NCBI GenBank assembly: GCA_030679255.1
Contig: JAUXTO010000018.1
Span: 2,973 to 66,972 of the forward strand
Direction of reading: 5' to 3'
DNA: 64,000 nucleotides
Source of the DNA: Candidatus Gottesmanbacteria bacterium
Lineage (GTDB): Bacteria; Patescibacteriota; Microgenomatia; UBA10105; UBA927
Part shown: in pieces, positions 1-6,700 of the stretch
Numbering within the stretch: position 1 is the first letter of the stretch
Layout of the letters: each line of letters starts with the position of its first letter
The notes under the pieces: generated by a model
Told to the model about the DNA's origin: nothing
The model's input: the letters and a program-made list of their open reading frames with translations, nothing else
The model's database searches: none
Program-made: the position numbers and the translations under genes

Positions 1-776
1 AATTTTCGGTATAGCGGCTGTTTTTTTTCATGCGGACTTGGTATCAATGGCGCTTGGTCTTGTGGCTGAAAAATCGGGAGGGAAAACGAAGCAGGCAGAG
101 GTTCTTCAGGAATAGGTACGGGACGTGATGTGTCTCCGGTTGAGGACAAAGAAGAGTGTTTGGATGTATCAGAGAGATCATCTTTGATTTTATTTGATAT
201 AGGTTGTAAAGATGAAACGGTGTTTATTTTTGAGATATCTCTCTGTAGATCCTGATTCGTGGGTTGGGAAGTTGGTGGTTGATCTATGATTTGAGCATCA
301 GAAGAATCTGACTGTTCAGCATTTTGTATCGTATTCGCATTACTTGAGTCGATAATAGGTTGTTTTATATCTTCTGATATATTTGATTTTGTAATTATTG
401 GAACACGTTGATAGGTGGTGCGTGAGGTCAAAAGATTGGTGATCCGTTCGGCTTCATACCGGCGTTCCCCGCCTGGCGTACGGCTGCTCGAGAGTATTCC
501 CGCAGATTCCCAACGCCGAAGTGTGGAGCGCGATACGCCGGCCAGTTTTGCCGCCTGGCTGATCGTGAGGGGTCCTTGAGTGTTCGCTCCTACCTGCCCG
601 TTTTGGGGACGTATGACGTTGAGCGTTTGTTGTGTTATCACATGGACACCGTTTTCGTCTTTGATGGCGCTGATCATCCCGGATTTTACCCGGCGCTTCA
701 TGGTGCTTTTTGAAATACCGAGGTATTTAGCGGCTTGACTTATAGTAAAAAGTTTATCGTTTGGTATGGATATCAT
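1..776 (-). CDS. MerR/excisionase-type DNA-binding protein with two tandem HTH (HTH_17-like) domains and a Ser/Pro/Gln-rich disordered tail. The C-terminus runs off the window start (partial).
   Basis: Reverse-strand ATG at 776. Translation reads MISIPNDKLFTISQAAKYLGISKSTMKRRVKSGMISAIKDENG..., then a second copy PLTISQAAKLAGVSRSTLRRWESAGILSS...GGERRYEAERI, which is the classic MerR/excisionase HTH signature. There is no stop down to nt 1. The ORF is absent from the track because it is truncated at the window edge. Confidence 0.6.
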   Translation of the reverse strand, partial: MISIPNDKLFTISQAAKYLGISKSTMKRRVKSGMISAIKDENGVHVITQQTLNVIRPQNGQVGANTQGPLTISQAAKLAGVSRSTLRRWESAGILSSSRTPGGERRYEAERITNLLTSRTTYQRVPIITKSNISEDIKQPIIDSSNANTIQNAEQSDSSDAQIIDQPPTSQPTNQDLQRDISKINTVSSLQPISNKIKDDLSDTSKHSSLSSTGDTSRPVPIPEEPLPASFSLPIFQPQDQAPLIPSPHEKKQPLYRK

Positions 777-1242
777 AGGGGGTATTGGGATAGCTGAGGA
801 CGGTTGAGTAAAGCAATACACGCGGGAAAAGAGATTCCCGAAGCGGGTTTATGACTGCGGTTTGCGTATGGTTGCGAAGCAGATGGACCTCTCATGCACT
901 TATTAAGAAAGAGAATCAAGAGGATGTCAAATGAGGGGAATACGGTGTTTTTCGCCGTGGCTATACTATGGGGTAGTTCTCAACACCAGTGAAGGAGCAA
1001 CTATAGGTTAAAATAATATTTTTTCACTGTATCATACTGAATTTACACTGTTTAAACGGCATTATTCATCCACTTTTATTTTGCTTCATTGGTTCCAATT
1101 TTATCGTTTGATTTTTGTCTATTATGAATCATTTATATCTTATAGGAAACATACTACGGCTGTAAAAGGACCTCGGTATTTTGGTTGTCTAAGAAGCGCG
1201 TACCGGCTTAGTATCCGCGATTGGTCTCCCAGCACAAGTATT

Positions 1243-1271
1243 TGACTAATAGGGTGACTTCGGGTAATGTG
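1243..1271 (+). promoter_or_regulatory. Candidate sigma70-like promoter TTGACT-N17-TAATGT immediately upstream of the LysM/M23 gene start.
   Basis: TTGACT at 1243-1248, a 17-nt spacer, then TAATGT at 1266-1271, lying 7 nt before ATG 1279. This would give a leaderless or near-leaderless transcript. Pattern match only. Confidence 0.3.
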
Positions 1272-1278
1272 GTGAGAC

Positions 1279-2358
1279 ATGAGAGAAATCCTGCGCGAGT
1301 TCCGCGATGACGTAGGACTGTGGGTCCACGGCTGGTCACTCTATATTGAAAAGAAACTCCGTCACTTTGGCGTGGGATTTGAGCGGAACAAAGAACTCGT
1401 CGTCGATATCCTCATGGCCCGGCGGGGGAGTTATCAGCGGCCGTTTCTGCATTTCTCGCTCGGCGTGCTCTTCATGGTTGGACTCGTTTCGGCTCCCATC
1501 CTCTCCAACTCCTACCCAGGGACGTATGCCAGTAACCTTGTGGACATCACATCGCCATCGGCGACCGTCATATCTCTCGATGATCCAGCCTCCTATGGCA
1601 TCCAGACCACTCAATCCGAAAAACCGCGGGATCAGGTGATTAGCTATGAGGTCGCATCCGGTGACACACTTTCGATTATCGCGCAAAAATTTGGTGTATC
1701 AATCGATACTATTAAGTGGTCAAATGATCTAAAAAGAGATAGTTTGAGCATAGGACAAGAACTTAAAATTCCCCCAGTCTCCGGCATCGTCCACAAAGTC
1801 AAAGATGGAGAATCCGTTCAAAGTATTGCCAAAAAGTATCGTACCGAATCACAAAAGATCGTTAACTTCCCTTTTAATGATTTTGCCGATCTCGATACGT
1901 TTGCTCTCAACGCGGGCCAGACCCTTATCATACCGGACGGCATCCAGCCGGAAGCCCCGGCGATTGTCCGTCCTTTGCCTCCATCTTTTGCCGGAGGATC
2001 CGGCCAACTCCTTTGGCCGACCAACGGCATCATTACTCAGTATCCGGTCTGGTACCATATGGCCCTGGATATCGCCAACCCCGCCGCACCGGGCATTGCG
2101 GCTGCGGACGCAGGAGTCGTGACGGATGTGCAATATCTCCGGTACGGCTACGGCTACCATGTCATTGTTTCCCACGGCGATGGTCTCTCGACGCTCTACG
2201 CACATATGTCCGAAATTTATGTAAAAGTGGGCGACCGCGTGGCCCGCGGCCAAGTCCTCGGCCGCATGGGTTCGACGGGTCGCTCGACGGGCACGCACCT
2301 TCATTTTGAAGTCCGGAAAAATGGGGTGATTCTCAATCCTCTGTCGTTTTTGAAATAG
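1279..2358 (+). CDS. Membrane-anchored peptidoglycan endopeptidase with two LysM domains and a C-terminal M23 (LytM-type) peptidase.
   Basis: 359-aa ORF in the track. A TM segment (FLHFSLGVLFMVGLVSAPIL) is followed by two LysM repeats (YEVASGDTLSIIAQKFGVSIDTIKWSNDL; HKVKDGESVQSIAKKYRTESQKIVNFPFNDF) and M23 motifs (HMALDIA...; GYHVIVSHGDGLSTLYAHM; GSTGRSTGTHLHFEV). Confidence 0.85.
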   Translation: MREILREFRDDVGLWVHGWSLYIEKKLRHFGVGFERNKELVVDILMARRGSYQRPFLHFSLGVLFMVGLVSAPILSNSYPGTYASNLVDITSPSATVISLDDPASYGIQTTQSEKPRDQVISYEVASGDTLSIIAQKFGVSIDTIKWSNDLKRDSLSIGQELKIPPVSGIVHKVKDGESVQSIAKKYRTESQKIVNFPFNDFADLDTFALNAGQTLIIPDGIQPEAPAIVRPLPPSFAGGSGQLLWPTNGIITQYPVWYHMALDIANPAAPGIAAADAGVVTDVQYLRYGYGYHVIVSHGDGLSTLYAHMSEIYVKVGDRVARGQVLGRMGSTGRSTGTHLHFEVRKNGVILNPLSFLK

Positions 2359-2369
2359 ACATAAGACGC

Positions 2370-2408
2370 ATGGGTCACATGAGTCTCATTTGACCCATGG
2401 GTCTCATG
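2370..2408. repeat. Palindromic CATGAG-W-CTCATG motif cluster 1. It is nested in a larger inverted repeat, ATGGGTCA...TGACCCAT, directly after the LysM/M23 stop.
   Basis: atgggtca CATGAGTCTCAT t tgacccat gggtctcatg. ATGAGTCTCAT is an 11-bp palindrome with an odd central W. Confidence 0.6.
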
Positions 2409-2431
2409 AAGGTACACTATCAGTTATTCGA

Positions 2432-2504
2432 GGGCCTGTGGTATACCGGTAACACATCTCCATGGCATGGAGAAGTAGGGGGTTCGATTCCCCCCAGGTC
2501 CACC
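2432..2504 (+). tRNA. tRNA-Ala (anticodon GGC)-like, with an atypical short D-arm.
   Basis: Acceptor GGGCCTG pairs with CAGGTCC and carries the G3:U70 Ala identity pair. Anticodon stem TCTCC/GGAGA with loop ATGGCAT gives anticodon GGC. T-arm is GGGGG-TTCGATT-CCCCC, discriminator A. The D-region contains a GGTATACC palindrome and does not fold canonically, and no CCA is encoded. It could be a divergent or degenerate copy. Confidence 0.55.
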
Positions 2505-2512
2505 CTGACTTC

Positions 2513-2553
2513 CATGAGACTAATGAGTCTCATGGGCCCCATGAGTCTCATGG
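2513..2553. repeat. Palindromic CATGAG-W-CTCATG motif cluster 2. It overlaps the stop of the four-helix-bundle gene.
   Basis: CATGAGACTAATGAGTCTCATGG at 2513-2535 and CCATGAGTCTCATGG at 2539-2553. Confidence 0.6.
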
Positions 2554-3095
2554 AGCGCTTTGCGGCGAGCAAGGAATAGTTTCTCCCGAAATCCTCCCTC
2601 GCGGACAAAACGGTTTTTGATGCCTGTTAAAAATCGATCCATGAGAAAGCCCTGTTTTATGCAAAGCGTCATCATGAGGTTGGCGAAGCTTTCCTGATCA
2701 TCAAAACGGATTTCATGCCACGCCTGAGCGTCATGAGACACATGAGTCTCATGAATATCGATGAGAATTTTTCGAAGTCGAAACACCCGCGGATCATTTT
2801 TATCCCATACGGGGAACCCTTTTTTGAAAAGAAAATCTTTATAGTCTTCGGTCAGCTCCCCATAGCTTGCCCGCGAGACGCCCGAGAGCTTAAGATTGCT
2901 TTCAACCGAGTTTTCCAGACTCCCTTCGACGAGATTCTGTTTTCCTGAGCGGTTCGCCTGTTCCATTTGATCGAAGGTTCTCGTAGTGCGGGGGATATAG
3001 CGGGTTATGAAGATATGGTTGAGGTGGGAAATTTCCTGGGCAAGCCAGTAGACAAGGGTGTTTTCTATCCCGCCAGTTTTTTGTGAGTTTTCCAT
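2520..3095 (-). CDS. Four-helix-bundle protein (23S rRNA intervening-sequence protein family, PF05635-like).
   Basis: Reverse-strand ORF, 2520..3134 in the track. The likely start is ATG at 3095 (MENSQKTGG...), 4 nt after the tRNA-Ala(CGC) 3' end. The sequence matches the family pattern: LVYWLAQEI...F..RYIP, then QNLVEGS, then SGVSRASYGELTEDY (compare NIAEG...ARGSL.EL.TQ). The C-terminus (IHETHVSHD...LHETHGAHETH) is translated read-through of the palindromic motif, where CATGAGACTCAT reads as HETH. Confidence 0.55.
   Translation of the reverse strand: MENSQKTGGIENTLVYWLAQEISHLNHIFITRYIPRTTRTFDQMEQANRSGKQNLVEGSLENSVESNLKLSGVSRASYGELTEDYKDFLFKKGFPVWDKNDPRVFRLRKILIDIHETHVSHDAQAWHEIRFDDQESFANLMMTLCIKQGFLMDRFLTGIKNRFVREGGFREKLFLARRKALHETHGAHETH
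2732..2767. repeat. Palindromic motif cluster 3. It lies inside the four-helix-bundle CDS.
   Basis: CATGAGACACATGAGTCTCATGAATATCGATGAGAAT. A further half-site, CCATGAGAAAG, sits at ~2638. Confidence 0.5.
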
Positions 3096-3098
3096 GGG

Positions 3099-3171
3099 TG
3101 GACCCGATCGGATTCGAACCGACCACCCCTGCAATGCGAATGCAGTGCTCTACCAAATGAGCTACGGGCCC
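3099..3171 (-). tRNA. tRNA-Ala (anticodon CGC).
   Basis: Reverse complement of 3099-3171 reads GGGCCCGTAGCTCATTTGGTAGAGCACTGCATTCGCATTGCAGGGGTGGTCGGTTCGAATCCGATCGGGTCCA. This is a canonical cloverleaf with G3:U70, D-arm GCTC/GAGC, anticodon loop TTCGCAT, and T-loop TTCGAAT. Confidence 0.85.
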
Positions 3172-3182
3172 GGGAAATACTT

Positions 3183-3223
3183 CATGAGTCTTATGAGACA
3201 CATTACTCTCATGAGCTCCATGT
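3183..3223. repeat. Palindromic motif cluster 4, upstream (on the reverse strand) of tRNA-Ala(CGC).
   Basis: CATGAGTCTTATGAGACACATTACTCTCATGAGCTCCATG. Confidence 0.5.
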
Positions 3224-3244
3224 GTCAAATGGAAAAAGTGGATT

Positions 3245-3463
3245 TTATTTTGAAGTACTCGCTCCCGCCACTTGGGGGGTAGACTGGTTGAGCTGATTAT
3301 TGATAAAGTTCCCCATCATGGCTCCAAGCCCGAGCATCATGGCGAATGCGACCAGGAACATCCAGCTACGTACAACGATGAGATAGTGGGGAGACGTAGC
3401 CCGCGATGTGCGGTGCGCGACGTGATGATGGGTCCGATTTCTGCGGGTAATTTTTTTCTTCAT
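3245..3463 (-). CDS. Hypothetical small basic protein with one TM helix (73 aa), divergent from the giant gene.
   Basis: Internal Met of the track ORF 3245..3628. Translation is MKKKITRRNRTHHHVAHRTSRATSPHYLIVVRSWMFLVAFAMMLGLGAMMGNFINNQLNQSTPQVAGASTSK. Upstream (reverse orientation) are TTGACA-like boxes: ccTTGACAagg and gTGTCAAGG. No homology is recognised, so it may be spurious. Confidence 0.3.
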   Translation of the reverse strand: MKKKITRRNRTHHHVAHRTSRATSPHYLIVVRSWMFLVAFAMMLGLGAMMGNFINNQLNQSTPQVAGASTSK

Positions 3464-3762
3464 ACTCACTCTAGTTTTCTCTCTTTTTTGCTCCTTGTCA
3501 AGGGGGCAAACTCGTCCTTGACACACCCTTTTCGCGCGCGTCATTATGTATATATAATAACTTTTTTCGCTAGCGGTTTTCGTTGGGTTTGAAACAGTTG
3601 GTGAAAAAAGATTGCATGCCCGGATCACTACCCAGGAATTTTTTTCATTTCAAGCATACAAATAAAAAATTAAAATCCCACGCATTTCTCCGTTTACCCA
3701 TCGTTGATGCATTTCTTTCTCTATTGATATCGTTATTGTCTCCCATGAGACACAGGAGACCC
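3464..3762. promoter_or_regulatory. Divergent intergenic control region between the small reverse-strand ORF and the giant gene. It contains an AT-rich tract and TTGACA-like boxes.
   Basis: Direct repeat tcCTTGTCAagg ... CCTTGACAcacc at 3491-3529. AT-rich stretch at 3540-3700. AGGAGA at 3754-3759 is a possible Shine-Dalgarno for ATG 3763 or 3772. Confidence 0.3.
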
Positions 3763-3780
3763 ATGAGTCGCATGAGTCCA
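3743..3780. repeat. Palindromic motif cluster 5, overlapping the giant-gene start codons.
   Basis: CATGAGACACAGGAGACCCATGAGTCGCATGAGTCC. In-frame ATGs at 3745, 3763 and 3772 all lie inside motif copies. Confidence 0.5.
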
Positions 3781-6700
3781 TCGGGTGGCTTCATCCACCT
3801 CCTCCCCCTCATCCTCCTCGCCGTATTCGCCCTCACGACGTTTATCATCGTGGGGAAAGTCGAAAAGGATAAGCAGGATGTCCGGAGCAGGGCCGCCATG
3901 TCCGATGAAGGAGGAGGGGGAGGGGTTAATCTTGACATCACCGATTCGATGCGCGCCACGCAAAACGAAGTTGCCTATGAGGAAAAGCAAGCGTCGGTGC
4001 TTCAGCAAGAACAAGAAGTCGCCTATCAAGAGGTTAAACCCCCGACCGTAAAAGACGATGATCGTCCCACAAGCGGCAACAACACCATCCAGACGACCTC
4101 ATACGACGAAGATCGTGAAGCCGCCCGGGCACGACAACTCACGGAAAATAACGCCAATCAAACGACCACCGGTACTACGACGACCACCCAGACGACCACG
4201 GAAAGAGATGATTGGCGTCCCAATTCAGGAAATACAACGACTAATACGACAGGTGGAAGTGGACAACAACAGGTCGATACGACCACGACAAATACAACGA
4301 CCAATCAAGTAAATAACGCCCCCGTTCCCGATGCAAGCATCACGACTGTCCCCGTCCCGGTTGTCATCACGGACGCACCTAAGCCTACGACCAAAGCTGA
4401 TCAGCTCACTGATTGTTACGACCAGTTTGGTTACAACAGTTCCCGGTGTGATTATTTCAAGCCCACCGTCACACAAGCGCCTTTTACACCAACAGAAATA
4501 GAGACTCCTACGCCAAAACCGAGGTTGTCCCGTTACGACGAGCTTGAAAAATCTGTCACGACGACCCCCCCTCCTGCCAACGTCACGCCAACGTCGGATG
4601 AGCGTATCGCATTGGGTATCACTCCAACGTCAACGCTCCCTCCCCGTATCGTTCCCATTAATCCACCATCAACGACGACTTCCACAGTGCCCACGACGCC
4701 TCCATCCCAGAATGTATCCAATACGAACTCGTCGCTCAATCTCGCCACAACAGCCAAATCCGCTAGTCAAATTAAGAAAGATTATGATGAATGTATTCGG
4801 AGTGATTCTGGTACTGTAGCGGATTGTTACGGTATCGCCTCTGGCAAGACGACCCCCGCGCCGATTGCCTACGTTTCTCCGGCGAATGGGGGATCCACCC
4901 CGCCGATTGCGCAAGGTACGACAGGAAAAAGCGGTACATCGACACAAACTTCCAGAGATAAATTTAAAGACGCGCCGGAGCAAACACCGGATCAAAGCGT
5001 TGGAGGCGATGCATGCGCGAAAGCGCAAGGATGGGATTTGTTTAAATGTAATCTACAGAAACCAGGCACGGCGTTTCAGGCGGCTATTATTTCGTATTTT
5101 AATCAAACGTCCATAGTCGCTCCGACCAAGGCTCCCGGTGTCGTCCCTGCCCTTACTTTTGAACAGATACAGCTGAAGCGACAAGAACTTGCTGACTGTG
5201 ATACTCCGGCATGCCGTGATGACGTGAATAAAAGATTTGGTAGCCTACCTTCGACTGTTCCCACGACGGCAAAACCACCACTAGCATCTGGCAATCAATC
5301 AGTATCAACTGCTGGCGCTCCTCCTACATCAGGTGCTAAGCCCACTGGTCCCGCATCCACGACTACCACCGCTCCGGTCGCAGCGACGACCACAACGACA
5401 ACGAGTTCCACAGGATCGACCTCCACCACCGCCTCTCTCATCCCGAAAGGTTACACCGATCCGGGGGAGGCCGGGGAGAAAGCCTGGGGAGATTGTAAAA
5501 AGTCCGGCAAATCCGATTTGGACTGCCGGGGGGCCGCGGAAAAAGCCCACGCCGTGGCAGAAGCCAATTTGCCGGCAAAAATTCGATTGAGTCAGCAGTG
5601 GCGTCAGGCTAAAGACATCGGCAGGGCGGTCGATGAAGCGAGCAAAACCATGCTTGCCGAGGCCCTCAAAGCCGCCGGGGTCAAGGACAGTAAGGGGCTC
5701 TCCGCCGATGCATCGGCCAACATCCAAGCCATCCAAAAACTTTTAGCTCAACAACTTCAGGGTGATGCGGGAAAAGGTAAAACTGCCGCCGAGCTTATCC
5801 GTATTGGGGTGCTTGCGGGTAAGCTTGCCGGAGCGTCCGCAGGGACTAAATCCTCAGTGGAGATTGCCGCCGAAATCGCATCCGCCGGCCTTTTTACCGC
5901 AAAGGCCGACCCGAAGCTCGTCGTAACGACGACCACAATCACCACGCTCCCGATGTACAAAAATTCCGGCGAAGCCGTCAAATCCAACCAAAAGACGATT
6001 ACCCCGGATCAATGTACCTGGTGCGGGAGTGCGGGCCAAGGCTACTGCAGTAAAGAATGCGGCGGCGACAAATCCTGCGACGCAGGGTTTAAATTGAACG
6101 CCGAAAAAACGAGCTGTGTCGTCGATCCCAATTACAAACCCACCCCGACCCCGGCGGCGACCGAATTGGCATCTTCATCAAAGACCACGACGACTGCTCC
6201 ACTCACCCAGGAGCAATTTGATAATTACACACTCGCTAACCCTCCGACGAAACTGAAGTTTGGTGATGCAGGGTGTTTATGGTGTAACAGTTGCGGCAAG
6301 GGTTTCTGCGCTGCTATCCCTGGCGGTGGTTGCAACGATCAGGCCGCCAACCTCTGTTCAGACTGGACAAAGACCAATGACATAATTCAGGAAAATGTTC
6401 GTCAGTCTCAAAGCACGGTCGCTGTTGCGCTCCCGCAAGCAGCTCAAGATGCGTATCAGGAGGCCATAGCCACCTATAAATCTGATGAAAAAAAGCATGA
6501 AGAAGCGGTTAAAACGTTTATTGCAAATGGTGGATCTCTCGCGCAAATCGTTGCAGCCACCGGCGCCGTCGATGCATTTGACCAATGGAAGACGTATGTG
6601 GACCGCAAAGCACAGGCGACCCAGTGGGATGAACGACGATTGGAAGTGATGGGCGACAAGCTCGATCGTAAAGTAGCCCAGCTCACTTCCCAGCAGCAGG

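Noticed and set aside
784-1278. ncRNA or riboswitch in the ~500-bp divergent intergenic region.
   Set aside because: It is AT-rich, with no conserved structure that I could recognise by eye. Only a candidate promoter near 1243-1271 is reported.
2520-3134. N-terminal extension MQGWSVRIRSGPP of the four-helix-bundle ORF as given in the track.
   Set aside because: The first 13 codons overlap the 3' half of tRNA-Ala(CGC) on the same strand. The internal ATG at 3095 (MENSQK…) starts right after the tRNA and is the more plausible start.
2397-3282. Small + strand ORFs 2397..2579, 2715..2948 and 3058..3282.
   Set aside because: They overlap the tRNA genes, the palindrome clusters, or the opposite-strand four-helix-bundle CDS. 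Their translations are dominated by motif read-through (MSLM… repeats).
3245-3628. 127-aa version of the small reverse-strand ORF.
   Set aside because: The N-terminal 55 codons read through the AT-rich promoter-like region with TTGACA boxes. The internal Met at 3463 (MKKKITRR…) gives a compact basic-plus-TM peptide. Even that is low confidence.
2370-3780. CRISPR array interpretation of the CATGAG repeats.
   Set aside because: The repeats are 11-13 bp palindromes with irregular spacing of 0-450 bp. They are not 25-40 bp direct repeats separated by uniform spacers, and there are no cas genes.
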